Of a stretch of 64,000 bases of DNA, positions 47,222 to 57,789 are shown in pieces. The stretch spans positions 47,977 to 111,976 of the IMG/VR virus record IMGVR_UViG_3300027759_000056; one strand, 5' to 3'. Below the pieces are notes generated by a model, which was not told the DNA's origin, ran no database searches, and saw only the letters and a program-made list of their open reading frames with translations. Made by a program: the position numbers and the translations under genes. The DNA comes from a virus. How positions within the stretch are numbered: position 1 is the stretch's first letter; each line of letters begins with the position of its first letter.

Positions 47222-47962
47222 TTATTCAATTATGCCATTAAGAACCACATAATATAACTTCTTAAATCTTTTCATTGCTGTTCTAATTTCTTTGGTTGAA
47301 AGGTTTGTCATTTCCCTTATCGATAATAAAATAATGTTTTTATTAAACTTGTTATTATCACTACCTAAGAAAATAGTTTTGTAATTTTCAAATAACTCTA
47401 ACAATGCAATTCCTAATTTTGTTTCATTGTCGGTTAGTTGTTCATTTTCCAAATATCTTTTTAATTCATCTAAAAATCCTTGAATTACATCATCAGCTTC
47501 TGTTTTTTCAAATTCCATATAATAAACCATGTCCGGTCTATTTTCTAAATTTGAAGAAATATCTTCATACGAAACTTTTCTGTTTGTATCTTTTTGGTCT
47601 TTAATAATTTGACCCATTAAATAATTCTTACAAATTGTACCAAAATAAGAATACGCTTTTTTGTTTTTTGACGGTTTGAATTTATCAACTTTAGTCATTA
47701 AAAACGAATGAGTATCTGTGTGAATATCGATAAAATTCATATCTTTACGATATAATTTATACCTTCTAATGATTGACGAAATCATCTTATCCAACGGACC
47801 TCTTAAAAATTCATTGTAGATTTGATTCTTTTCTTCAAAAGTTTCTGCCGTGAGATACATTCTCACGGCATTCTCTTCTACAACATCAAAATAGTTTGTG
47901 TTCGTTGCTTTCCTACCTCTTTTTTTGGAAGTAGTTGTTGTCGTTGTTTCTGATGAAAACAT
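47222..47962 (-). CDS. putative phage late sigma factor (gp55-like)
   Basis: NYFD...KVDKFKP...KAYSYFGTICKNYL resembles sigma region 2; C-terminal HTH-like segment. Confidence 0.6.
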   Translation of the reverse strand: MFSSETTTTTTSKKRGRKATNTNYFDVVEENAVRMYLTAETFEEKNQIYNEFLRGPLDKMISSIIRRYKLYRKDMNFIDIHTDTHSFLMTKVDKFKPSKNKKAYSYFGTICKNYLMGQIIKDQKDTNRKVSYEDISSNLENRPDMVYYMEFEKTEADDVIQGFLDELKRYLENEQLTDNETKLGIALLELFENYKTIFLGSDNNKFNKNIILLSIREMTNLSTKEIRTAMKRFKKLYYVVLNGIIE

Positions 47963-48768
47963 TAAACACTTTGGGCGTCATATTTTATATTTCTGTCATC
48001 AACAAAGAAGTATTCTTTTTTTGCTGTGGAAATCCAAAACTTAACTTCACTTTCAGTCATAACGTTTTCACCGTTTTTGTAATTCCAAAAAATTGAACCT
48101 TCTCTCATACTAGTGTGTTTGTATCCAAGTTTTGGAATTGTCATAACACGAGCTGTAAAGTAAGTCAATCTTAATAAGAATTCGTAAACAAATGTTAACT
48201 TCATTGATGATTTCATTGGACCAATCTCATCCAATTTAGATTTTTTAACAACCATACCAGCGGTTTGGAAGTTTTGATAATCTAATAAAGTGTCATTGTT
48301 CAAATATCCCATTTCTTGAGTAAAATTAGCGGCAAATGTTGCTTCATTTGTAAATCCAGCAAACACATCTTTAGAATCAACATCAACAACAATTGGTAAA
48401 AATGCGTCTACATCAGGATATATTTCAGTGTATTTCAATACATTGTCAAACCAAATATTTGCATATTCGTCATCAAATTCAAAGAATGAAACCCATTCAC
48501 TTGAAACATTTTCAATACCTAAATTGATTTGTGATTGGTAATTAGCCTCACCCTCAAAACGAATCAATTTAACATTTAAAGATTCAAAATCATAATTTTT
48601 TAATTTTTCAACTAGTTGTTCTTCAACTGTATGTACAATTAGTAATTCGTTGAATGGTACTTTTTGTACTTTAAGTGATTTAATACACTTATCAAAATAT
48701 TCATCAAAATCTCTTACAACAGCAGATTTTAAAGGTAAAATAACGGATAGATTTAATTTTTTTTCCAT
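47962..48768 (-). CDS. glycosyltransferase family 2
   Basis: LSVILP; WVSFFEFDDEY. Confidence 0.8.
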   Translation of the reverse strand: MEKKLNLSVILPLKSAVVRDFDEYFDKCIKSLKVQKVPFNELLIVHTVEEQLVEKLKNYDFESLNVKLIRFEGEANYQSQINLGIENVSSEWVSFFEFDDEYANIWFDNVLKYTEIYPDVDAFLPIVVDVDSKDVFAGFTNEATFAANFTQEMGYLNNDTLLDYQNFQTAGMVVKKSKLDEIGPMKSSMKLTFVYEFLLRLTYFTARVMTIPKLGYKHTSMREGSIFWNYKNGENVMTESEVKFWISTAKKEYFFVDDRNIKYDAQSV

Positions 48769-48774
48769 AATATA

Positions 48775-49818
48775 TTATTCAGCAATTTGAGCTTCAAAAG
48801 CTTCTTTACGTTTATTAATAAAGGTGTTGATTTTCTCAATCACCTCTGTGTTAAATTTTTCAACATCTGTGAACTTACTAGCAGTTTCCGCAGCTTCAGT
48901 ATAAAGTTCAGGTTTCAAATTGTCTTCTAACCATGTCTGACAAATATCAGCAATTACATCTGGTAATTGAATAACATTATCAATCCAAACTCCGTTTGTT
49001 TCGGTCATCCATGAAGGTGTTAAATTTGGTATTTTTCCAACAACAGGAACTCCTGATTTCATACACTCTAATGGGAATGTTCCAAATGATGATGTTGGGT
49101 CCACCCAAACACCTAAGAAACATTCTTTAATTGAGTTAGCAAATTCTTCTTGAGACATACCTCTCAAATCTCTAAATGTGAAGAATCTGTACTGTGGGTA
49201 TTTTACATAAAATTCTTTGATTACATTAAGACCTTCTCTTTGTTCTCTTGAGAAAATACCAATAATTGGTTTTGGTGGGAATTGTTGTTTTTCAAACACG
49301 TCAGCAATTACAGGTTCAATCACATCAACAGAAACATTTTTCATTGTTCTTTGGATATGTTCTTTTTGTAACTCAGATGTTGTAATACACTTCATAAAAC
49401 CAAATTGTTGCCAAGTAGCACCAGGTGTTAAAGTTTCAAACATGTGGTCATATGCCTGACAAAGAACGATTTTACCACAAGGTAAGTTTTTAACTTGTTC
49501 CATAATAAAACCAAAAATTTCAGGAATAATCAATGTGTCTTCAGGAGAAATTGCCAAATTAGTACCTTCCAAACATTGGTGTGGAATTTCATCGTATGGG
49601 CCACTTAACCAAGATGTTACTGGTGTGAATTCTTTTTTCTCATAAAGCATAATTACGTTATGACCATCATTTTTTAAGGTCAATGCCATATCGTAAAGAT
49701 ATTTGATAGAGGCTTTTGCGTTACCCCTTGTATCTTGTACAAAGAAGTAAATTCTGTTTAATTTAAATTCAATGTTTGCAATTGAACCTTTGATTTTTTC
49801 AATCATTTCTTGTTCCAT
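48775..49818 (-). CDS. GT-B glycosyltransferase (GT4-like)
   Basis: SSFGTFPLECMKSGVPVVG. Confidence 0.75.
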   Translation of the reverse strand: MEQEMIEKIKGSIANIEFKLNRIYFFVQDTRGNAKASIKYLYDMALTLKNDGHNVIMLYEKKEFTPVTSWLSGPYDEIPHQCLEGTNLAISPEDTLIIPEIFGFIMEQVKNLPCGKIVLCQAYDHMFETLTPGATWQQFGFMKCITTSELQKEHIQRTMKNVSVDVIEPVIADVFEKQQFPPKPIIGIFSREQREGLNVIKEFYVKYPQYRFFTFRDLRGMSQEEFANSIKECFLGVWVDPTSSFGTFPLECMKSGVPVVGKIPNLTPSWMTETNGVWIDNVIQLPDVIADICQTWLEDNLKPELYTEAAETASKFTDVEKFNTEVIEKINTFINKRKEAFEAQIAE

Positions 49819-49826
49819 ATTCTATA

Positions 49827-50102
49827 TTAAAATTTTTCAATAAATTTATTAAATAACATTGTATTCCAAGCCAATTTGAATGGGATAGTTACTTGAGAGG
49901 AGGATTTAGAACCCAACTTTTCATCAATATCTTCAGTCTCGCTCATAATAACATCAGTCATTATTTTAATCATTTCGTATTTCACGAATGCAATTTTTTC
50001 TTCACCTTCAGTTATTCCTGATGTTGGCGTATTTGAAACATTGACAAACTTATCTATGTTTTCTAAGTTCAAATAGTAGTGTTCTCCAAATAATTGTAAC
50101 AT
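49827..50102 (-). CDS. hypothetical protein
   Basis: 91-aa ORF in operon. Confidence 0.65.
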   Translation of the reverse strand: MLQLFGEHYYLNLENIDKFVNVSNTPTSGITEGEEKIAFVKYEMIKIMTDVIMSETEDIDEKLGSKSSSQVTIPFKLAWNTMLFNKFIEKF

Positions 50103-50103
50103 G

Positions 50104-50694
50104 TTATTCTATTAATTTTTCAATTTGTTCATCCAAATCTTTTAAACTTTTAATTGATAATTCAGATGTGGTATTTGAATTATATGATGTTTCATATTTA
50201 ATTAAAGTTTTATTATGATTTTGGTTCAATAATTCAGGGTTTGCCGTCAATAAAATATCAAATTCATCCCAAATTTTGTTTTCAGTTAATTTATTATAAA
50301 AAACAACCTTATCAATCTCACATCCAAATTTTGAAATAAAAAATAAAGTAGCTGGTTTTGTTTTTCCAATTTGTTTTGATATTAACATGAAATCAACCTT
50401 GTTTTTATATTTTTGATAGATTTCTGCCAATACGTGAAAAGTAGACATTTCGGATGACGGAGCGTGACCAAAAATCTGCATTGTAAATTCTTCGTATAAA
50501 AATGAAAAAAATTCTTCCTCATTTTTGAACATGAAGTGATTTTGATAATCTGGTGTGTTATACGGGGTTTTAATTTCAAACTTAAAATCTTCATCAACCA
50601 ACTCCAACTCATCAATAAAAAACTTTTGATAAGTCTGTTCAATCTTTAAGAACGTGTCTCTTAAAACACCATCAATGTCAATTGCTAATTTCAT
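50104..50694 (-). CDS. HAD 5'(3')-deoxyribonucleotidase-like protein
   Basis: AIDIDGVLRD. Confidence 0.7.
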   Translation of the reverse strand: MKLAIDIDGVLRDTFLKIEQTYQKFFIDELELVDEDFKFEIKTPYNTPDYQNHFMFKNEEEFFSFLYEEFTMQIFGHAPSSEMSTFHVLAEIYQKYKNKVDFMLISKQIGKTKPATLFFISKFGCEIDKVVFYNKLTENKIWDEFDILLTANPELLNQNHNKTLIKYETSYNSNTTSELSIKSLKDLDEQIEKLIE

Positions 50695-51425
50695 GTATTG
50701 TATTTCTTAAGAATTTGTGTGATTAATGGGTTTCTAACAATATCATCTTCATTAAATTCAAAAACTCCGATATCATTCATATTTTTGAATTTTTCAATTG
50801 CGTCCCACAATCCTGTTTGTCTTTTATCCTTGTATCTATCGGTCTGTTCCAAATCGCCTGAAATAAAAAACTTACTGTTAAAACCAATACGGGTTAACAA
50901 CAATTTCATTTGATTCGGTGTACTATTCTGAGCTTCTTCGAATATTAAAATAGTGTTATCGATATTCCAACCTCTGATATATGCCAAAGCTTGAACTTCA
51001 ATAAACTCAGATTGTATTAATCTTTCACGATTTTCCTTACCAATTAATTTATTCAAAAGGTAATATGATGGACTGATATATGGGTCCAACTTTTCTTCCA
51101 AGTTACCTGGTAATGAACCAAGTTTTTCTTCAGCTTCAACCGCAGGTCTTACAATCATAATTTTTTCGTAAGCGTTATTTTTATCGGATAGTAAATCAAC
51201 AGCTGCTTTCATCGCGATATATGATTTACCAACACCGGCAGGACCTGAACATATTGTAATCTGATTTGATTTTAATATATCATAATAGGTTCTTTGGTTT
51301 TCAGTTAAAAATTTTTCTTTAGTTGGTTTTTGGATTATTTGAGAAATGATGTCCTTTTTTGTTCTAGGTTCTGGTTTCGTTGTACCACTCAAAGGAGCGG
51401 GTTTACGTCTTGGTTTTTTTTCCAT
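50691..51425 (-). CDS. phoH: PhoH family ATPase
   Basis: GPAGVGKS; RPAVEAEEKLGSLPG; EEAQN; GDLEQTD. Confidence 0.95.
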   Translation of the reverse strand: MEKKPRRKPAPLSGTTKPEPRTKKDIISQIIQKPTKEKFLTENQRTYYDILKSNQITICSGPAGVGKSYIAMKAAVDLLSDKNNAYEKIMIVRPAVEAEEKLGSLPGNLEEKLDPYISPSYYLLNKLIGKENRERLIQSEFIEVQALAYIRGWNIDNTILIFEEAQNSTPNQMKLLLTRIGFNSKFFISGDLEQTDRYKDKRQTGLWDAIEKFKNMNDIGVFEFNEDDIVRNPLITQILKKYNT

Positions 51426-51462
51426 TTATTATATATTAAATCATTTAATCATAAAAGAAACA

Positions 51463-52533
51463 TTAAAGAGTAATGTATATCCCTTTAGGCGATGTTCCTC
51501 GTTTGAAGAACTTAACATTACCGTTGAAATCATTAATCAATTCCTTTGGTAACTTTGATTCTCTTATGAATTTTTCACTTTCAATAATATGAACAGTATA
51601 ACCATCCCTTAGTAAGTCATAAACAAGATTTAACTTGGATGATTCTACGTTGGCCTCTGTATTGTCTTTATACCCCAAACCATCAATGATAAATGGTTCT
51701 GACTTATCCTCATTTAATTTGGTAAAATGTTTTCTTAAAAACTGATTGTGTTGGACATTAAAATCTTCAACAACATAAGGTAAAATAAACTCTAATTTAT
51801 TACGGTTACAAAACTCACCAAATACTCTGTTATCTGCAGGAAGATATGGTCCCCCAAAACCAAAACCGTAATCAAAGTTTTTCTCACCAATTACACTATG
51901 TTTTGATAGTGTATCCATAACCAATTTAATTTCATCAGTCAAATCATAATTGGTTAATAACTCACCCATCATGTTGGCAAAGTTGATTTTATATGCCGTG
52001 TAAGAATTTAGAGCTAGTTTACACAACTCAGCACTTTTACTGGTCATGGAAACAATGGTTGTTGGTTTTTTCTGAAAATCAGATATTAAAGTTCCCACAA
52101 TATTTACGGTGTATGGGTCAATACTACCCACAATAATTTTCTCTTGTGATTGTAATGAATCTATGTAGTTATCACTTGATAAAGTAAGGGGTAAATAACA
52201 TACTCGTAAATTCATGGGAGTTAAGATGTCACTAATCTCTTTTGTATCACCAGGGTTCATTGTAGAACACAATACAACAATCTTATCCACCAATGGTACT
52301 TCTTCCTCAAACGCTACCCCAAAGTCCTCCACAACGTCCATTACGTTCTTAATATTGTATATGTTTGATGGAAGTATTTCCGTATTTACACAACAAAAGA
52401 TAATATCGGAGTTTTTAATAACTTCATAGTTATCACCATCAACATCTGAAACATAAATTTCATGTTGTTGTTCAGCGAAACAACTTAATAAATTTAGACC
52501 TAAATTACCAAGTCCTATAATACCAATTTTCAT
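51463..52533 (-). CDS. UDP-glucose/GDP-mannose dehydrogenase family protein (catalytic Cys replaced)
   Basis: GIIGLGNLG; AELCKLALN; GFGGPYLPAD; GLGYKDNT. Confidence 0.8.
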   Translation of the reverse strand: MKIGIIGLGNLGLNLLSCFAEQQHEIYVSDVDGDNYEVIKNSDIIFCCVNTEILPSNIYNIKNVMDVVEDFGVAFEEEVPLVDKIVVLCSTMNPGDTKEISDILTPMNLRVCYLPLTLSSDNYIDSLQSQEKIIVGSIDPYTVNIVGTLISDFQKKPTTIVSMTSKSAELCKLALNSYTAYKINFANMMGELLTNYDLTDEIKLVMDTLSKHSVIGEKNFDYGFGFGGPYLPADNRVFGEFCNRNKLEFILPYVVEDFNVQHNQFLRKHFTKLNEDKSEPFIIDGLGYKDNTEANVESSKLNLVYDLLRDGYTVHIIESEKFIRESKLPKELINDFNGNVKFFKRGTSPKGIYITL

Positions 52534-53153
52534 GTTAGTAGTTTGTCAAATGTTTCCATTTCATTAGATTGTACATAATGAAATGTAAAAACGTCTTTAA
52601 TTTTACTATTTTCCATTTTGTAATATTTTGGTGCCTGTGAATGAAATTCGTCAAAATTTTTATTTTCAATCCCCATTTCTCTAATACACAACCCAAGTGT
52701 TACATCTGAGTATCCTGAATCTCCTGATTTTATATTTTTTGATATTTTTTCTAATAAAGTTTTATGTATTAAATAACCAGCACCACCAGAACAATAGTTC
52801 AAATCTCTATCTCTACCCCAAGTTCCTTCAAGAACACTACCGTTAATTTTATCTTTATCAAAAATTTCAAAATTGCTTTCCAAATTTTTTGTGTTAACAA
52901 ATGTGTCGTCATCACAAAAGAAAAACCATTCATACTGATAATCATTTTCAATCAAATATTTTATAACATTAACATGTTTTGGTTCATTTGATGAATATGT
53001 AAAATCATCTGAAACTTTAATAATCTTTTTTTCTTCGTTGTCACAATCTGCGTAGAATATATAATCTACGTCTTTACCCCAACTATTAACAATACCGTCA
53101 TGTCTATCGGGTCTTGTACAGGTGTGGAGAATTACATATAATATTTTTTTCAT
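52530..53153 (-). CDS. Fringe-like/GT31 glycosyltransferase
   Basis: WFFFCDDDTFV; SGGAGYLI; SDVTLGLC; TFHYV. Confidence 0.8.
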   Translation of the reverse strand: MKKILYVILHTCTRPDRHDGIVNSWGKDVDYIFYADCDNEEKKIIKVSDDFTYSSNEPKHVNVIKYLIENDYQYEWFFFCDDDTFVNTKNLESNFEIFDKDKINGSVLEGTWGRDRDLNYCSGGAGYLIHKTLLEKISKNIKSGDSGYSDVTLGLCIREMGIENKNFDEFHSQAPKYYKMENSKIKDVFTFHYVQSNEMETFDKLLT

Positions 53154-53812
53154 AATACTGCCAAGTGGTCTGTCCCAACTGGTGTATCATTGTGGTCAAT
53201 ACGACTTCCAATAAATTCACCAGGATTTCTCTTGATAGGGAAGGGTTTATTTTCAAAGAATTCATCGTGAGTACATCTGTCATCTTGGAAAATGGAATAA
53301 ATTGTTTTTAAGAACGTTTGGTCATTACCATATTGAAGTTCTTTTGATTTTGGAAATCTTTTGATTAGGTCGGTAAGGGGTATGATACCTGATTTAATAC
53401 CCCACATTCCACCTAAGATACCCAAACCAGAATTTCCATAAGGAATCCTATGTGCTGGGTGGTCTCTCATTACATGGATTGATTTTCCACTATTAATCCA
53501 TTCATCAACTGCTAATTTTTCTCGTTCAGTTAAACGAGCGTCGGCATCTCTGAATATGGAATATTGACAATCAGATTCATCGTGAGCAAAAAACCTCCAA
53601 AACATACCATAAATGTCGGTACCTGTCATATCTTTTACTACCACATCCAATTCTTTTAGTTTGTCAATTGTTTCAGAAGGTACTGTGTTATCGTAATAAA
53701 CAATCATTTTCCAATCAGGGTAGATTGTTTTCATAAGTTCAGCATTTCTGATTGCACCAACATTATATATTGGTTGATTTCCCCACAAACTAAAACTTAC
53801 GTAATTTGTCAT
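53150..53812 (-). CDS. putative glycosyltransferase
   Basis: SFSLWG...MFWRF...FRDAD...MRDHPAH...GGMWG...DQTFL. Confidence 0.6.
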   Translation of the reverse strand: MTNYVSFSLWGNQPIYNVGAIRNAELMKTIYPDWKMIVYYDNTVPSETIDKLKELDVVVKDMTGTDIYGMFWRFFAHDESDCQYSIFRDADARLTEREKLAVDEWINSGKSIHVMRDHPAHRIPYGNSGLGILGGMWGIKSGIIPLTDLIKRFPKSKELQYGNDQTFLKTIYSIFQDDRCTHDEFFENKPFPIKRNPGEFIGSRIDHNDTPVGTDHLAVL

Positions 53813-55239
53813 TGTACTTTATTCTCAAGTAATCCATTAATGGATGCTTTATCGTCAACAAAATGTCCTTGTGTTTTATGTGAGTCCATTTGATAATGTT
53901 TTAAGAAACCATTGGTTAGAATTAATTTTTTATTTTTTATTGATGCGAAAATGGTGATTGACCTTTCATGTAAGTGACCTGCATTTGGGTCAACTTTAAT
54001 TTCATCAACCATTGGTAACATCCAATTCATATATTGGTCAAATACACTTTTTCTAAATGTTGTGTTTGATGTTGATGACCAATAAGCCATCTTACCTTCA
54101 TTAATTGCGTTCATTAACAATCGTTGAATATCTACATGATATGTTTTCCTAATTGTTTTGAATAATGTCTCAATAAAGGGTGGGTGTTGAATAAACATTT
54201 GATGTGGTGCTGGGAATGGAATATACCCAATCATATCTTGTTTATCGTATATCATTTTTGAAATTTGTGGTAAAAAGTCAGGAACATAATTAACATCATA
54301 CTCAAATAAATTTACATATTCAGTATCAATTAATTTGTGTTTCCAAAGTGTATACCAACCACTAAATGATGTTAATTTTGGATAATCTTCTAAATGACCA
54401 TCATAATTACGAGATATGATTACATTTGGTAAATTTTCAACTTTATCAACAGGTCTATTACCAACAAACACGTATGTGTAGTCATTAAAACCTTTGAATT
54501 TACCGTTTTCTTCAAATAATTCAATCAAATCTTGGTCGTGTACAAAGATAAATGTCTTTAATTTTTTATCCGTTACGGTAATATCGACAGGTAAAACATC
54601 TTCAAATTTTTTGGAAAACTCAACTCTATTTGCCTCCCATTGTTCGTTAGTTTGACCAATAGATAAGTGTGTTACACGAATATCGGTACATATTCCAACT
54701 TTAACACCTTCAAGGTAATTTTGGAATGAGAATGTCACATCATAAAAGTGAAATCCTTTAACTGTTTCATCAAAATTCTTTTTAATTCTTTGTTTATGAA
54801 CGGAAAAGAATAATCCATCGACCATTAATGTAGGTTCAATTTTATTTCCAATTTCTTTTGAATACTTAGATTCCCATTTTTTACCTTCATGTTCGTGGTT
54901 TACGATACCATACATTGTTGGTTGTACTTCCCACCACATACCAGACTTTGGCATGTATTTGGAACCCGCTAAACCAATAATTCCGTATTCAGGATTTTTC
55001 TCAAAATGAGTTTTTATCTTATATACCCATCCACCAGTGTCAAATTTTAAGTCATCATGACATAAAACAACAATATCATTTTCAGCTTGTTCTAAAATTT
55101 TATTATAAACTTCTGACAATGAAAATTCACCATTATTTTCAATTGGGATTATTTGAACACTTTTATTACCACAACTTTTTTCTAATTGTGTGATATAATT
55201 TTCGTCAATTTTTCTTGTACTAAATCCTATTGTAATCAT
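53809..55239 (-). CDS. two-domain glycosyltransferase (GT2-like)
   Basis: VVLCHDD; GFHFYD; second domain LFEYD...HLHER. Confidence 0.75.
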   Translation of the reverse strand: MITIGFSTRKIDENYITQLEKSCGNKSVQIIPIENNGEFSLSEVYNKILEQAENDIVVLCHDDLKFDTGGWVYKIKTHFEKNPEYGIIGLAGSKYMPKSGMWWEVQPTMYGIVNHEHEGKKWESKYSKEIGNKIEPTLMVDGLFFSVHKQRIKKNFDETVKGFHFYDVTFSFQNYLEGVKVGICTDIRVTHLSIGQTNEQWEANRVEFSKKFEDVLPVDITVTDKKLKTFIFVHDQDLIELFEENGKFKGFNDYTYVFVGNRPVDKVENLPNVIISRNYDGHLEDYPKLTSFSGWYTLWKHKLIDTEYVNLFEYDVNYVPDFLPQISKMIYDKQDMIGYIPFPAPHQMFIQHPPFIETLFKTIRKTYHVDIQRLLMNAINEGKMAYWSSTSNTTFRKSVFDQYMNWMLPMVDEIKVDPNAGHLHERSITIFASIKNKKLILTNGFLKHYQMDSHKTQGHFVDDKASINGLLENKVQ

Positions 55240-55829
55240 ATTCCTGTTGAACCAAATCCATTACCGCCTCTATCTTTTCCATTAATTTCTGACACTTCTT
55301 TTGTCTCAATCCATTTGCCATTTACTACAGGACAAATACATGCCTGAGCAATTTTTTGACCTTTTTCTATATAAACAGTATCGTGTGATGTATTATAAAG
55401 AATTACTTTAACTTCTCCATCATATCCAGAATCAACTGTACCAGGTGTATTCAAAACTGTTAATCCTTGCTTCAACGCTAAACCACTTTTAGGTCTTACT
55501 TGCATTTCAAAACCGTCTTTGATGTTAAATTTCAAACCAGTACCAACAATCATTCTTGATTGTGGTGATATCCCAACACTTTCAGTTGAGTGTAAATCAA
55601 ATCCTGAATCAGTTGGGTAATTATATTTGGGGCTTACAGCATCTTGATGTATTTTAATAAACTCTAAAGTCATTTTAGGTTGTTTGTTGTCGAATGCTTC
55701 TTGTAATTCTTTCAAATTTACACCATGTATTTCTTCAACTTCAAATTCTGAAGTTCCTTCAGTTTCCTCTTGAATTTGTTTCAAGATTTTACTTAACTCG
55801 TCTCTTAATAAATCAATTTCGTTTTCCAT
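55236..55829 (-). CDS. dut: dUTPase
   Basis: SGFDL, PKSGL, GTVDSGYDGE, RGGNGFGSTG. Confidence 0.95.
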   Translation of the reverse strand: MENEIDLLRDELSKILKQIQEETEGTSEFEVEEIHGVNLKELQEAFDNKQPKMTLEFIKIHQDAVSPKYNYPTDSGFDLHSTESVGISPQSRMIVGTGLKFNIKDGFEMQVRPKSGLALKQGLTVLNTPGTVDSGYDGEVKVILYNTSHDTVYIEKGQKIAQACICPVVNGKWIETKEVSEINGKDRGGNGFGSTGI

Positions 55830-55830
55830 A

Positions 55831-56532
55831 TTATTGTAATTCTTTTAATTTTTTTATAATATCAATCAATACCATTACGTCTCTTTCACAATACTCAACA
55901 ATTAAATCAAGTTGGTTAAAATCGTAATACGCTTCATGTACACGGTTACCTGTCACTTCACCTTCTTTTGGTGATTTAACACCCATAGCCGCGCACATAA
56001 GTTCCAAGGATGATAATGCAAAGTTATTACCCATTTTCCATACATCCATAGTATCAATGGCTTTTATTTCCCACGGTTTTGTATCATATGATGGTAATAA
56101 TGGTGATGGTTTTATTCCATTAATAACCATACGTTTACTTAATACGGGTATATCAAAATTTTTGATGTTATGTCCACACAACCAAAAATCTAATTTGAAT
56201 ACTTTGGTTAAAAGTCCATTAATACCCAATAAAACTTCTTTTTCGTTATCACCTGAAAAAGTTTGTGCGTGTGTTTTTCCATCAGGTCCAACAAACGCAA
56301 AACTAGCACATACAATTTTTGAAAATTCAGGTACCAATGCGGCCCTGTTTACAAAAACCTCACCAGGAGTTAATCCTTGGTCTTCAGGGAACCTTTTCAA
56401 GAACCAATCAAAATAATTGTGAAATTGCTTGGTTAAAGCTGGGTATTTTTCTTCAAGTTCGGGAAAATCCTTTGTTATTCCGACAGTTTCAATGTCAAAG
56501 AATAATACTTTGTTTATAGCTGGTTGTATCAT
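55831..56532 (-). CDS. DnaQ/PolB-like 3'-5' exonuclease
   Basis: FFDIET, GHNIKNFDIP, YCERDV. Confidence 0.9.
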   Translation of the reverse strand: MIQPAINKVLFFDIETVGITKDFPELEEKYPALTKQFHNYFDWFLKRFPEDQGLTPGEVFVNRAALVPEFSKIVCASFAFVGPDGKTHAQTFSGDNEKEVLLGINGLLTKVFKLDFWLCGHNIKNFDIPVLSKRMVINGIKPSPLLPSYDTKPWEIKAIDTMDVWKMGNNFALSSLELMCAAMGVKSPKEGEVTGNRVHEAYYDFNQLDLIVEYCERDVMVLIDIIKKLKELQ

Positions 56533-57740
56533 AATAGTGATTTATAAAATTCTGCTCTTGTGTGTGTAACAACATTCAAATCATATTTGTCTTTAACGGT
56601 TTCATATAATCTTTCACCTAAATCTTCAGCCCATGTTGGGTTGTCAATTAATTTTTTAACGTATTTGAACCAATCACTATGATTTCTACCCTCATCAACT
56701 AAAAGAGCGTTACCATCAACAAAGTTACCATGATTAAGAGAGTGTTTTAAATCGATTGAATATGGTCCAAAATCACTTGCAATTAAAGCTTTTTTGTAGA
56801 AACCCGCTTCAATTACTTTTAATTGTGATTTTACTTTATTAAAAATGTGATTTTTCAATGGTGCCAAAGATACATCAAATTTAGCATAGTTTTTAGCATA
56901 AGTTTGCACAGGTCTTGTCCATACTCTATGATAAAACTCATCTTTGAATTTTGAATCGTCCATTTCTTTGAACTTTTCCAAGAACTCTCTATACTCAGGA
57001 CTAATCAATTTGAATTTATCAGTAAAGATGTTTTCAAATTGATACCATACGGTTTCGTGAGGTTTAATATCTCTTCTAGTTTGTTCTTTGGTTTCTGAAT
57101 TGATTTCAGTAACGGTACCTCTAATATCAAATCCACAAAGATAAACTTGCGATTTGTCTTTATACGGTTCCATTCTTTGGAACAAATCATTTAGAATGGT
57201 TAAATCATGTAAGTGTGATGAACCACCTAACCAACCAAATCTTAATTTGTCAGATTTTTCAGTTTTTTCACAAAATTGTGGTTCTTTAGGATTGATAGCA
57301 TTTGGAAATACAACAACATTTTTATTTAATTTACGAATTTCATCCGCAAAAACTGTTGTTGTTGTTATAACATACTTGGCAACTTTTAAGTTTGCCATAA
57401 TTTTTTCGTGAATTTTATTCACGACAACTAAATCATGAATTGGGTGGTCTTTTGTTGGTAACCAATAGTCATCCAAGTCCATAACCGTAATAATTCCCAT
57501 ATCATTTAATTTTTCAATAAATGATTTTGATTTATCATAATCTAAACCAATAGTTCTGTGGAAATGTACAATTGGATAATCTTTCCAAAAGTTCATGTCT
57601 TCCATTGGAGGGTCATAAACAATATCAACGTGAAAATCGTTAGGGTATAAATTCTGTAAGAAAATGTGTGGGTCAATTGAACGGAATTTACCAACTCCTG
57701 TTCTGTCTGACGGTAATACTAATACTTTAATTTTAGACAT
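56529..57740 (-). CDS. GT-B glycosyltransferase (GT4-like)
   Basis: MDLDDYW; GWLGGSSH; FNKVKSQLKVIEAG. Confidence 0.8.
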   Translation of the reverse strand: MSKIKVLVLPSDRTGVGKFRSIDPHIFLQNLYPNDFHVDIVYDPPMEDMNFWKDYPIVHFHRTIGLDYDKSKSFIEKLNDMGIITVMDLDDYWLPTKDHPIHDLVVVNKIHEKIMANLKVAKYVITTTTVFADEIRKLNKNVVVFPNAINPKEPQFCEKTEKSDKLRFGWLGGSSHLHDLTILNDLFQRMEPYKDKSQVYLCGFDIRGTVTEINSETKEQTRRDIKPHETVWYQFENIFTDKFKLISPEYREFLEKFKEMDDSKFKDEFYHRVWTRPVQTYAKNYAKFDVSLAPLKNHIFNKVKSQLKVIEAGFYKKALIASDFGPYSIDLKHSLNHGNFVDGNALLVDEGRNHSDWFKYVKKLIDNPTWAEDLGERLYETVKDKYDLNVVTHTRAEFYKSLL

Positions 57741-57789
57741 AGATAAACTTTTACTGAAATATAGTAAGTTTATCACATAAAAAAAAGTA

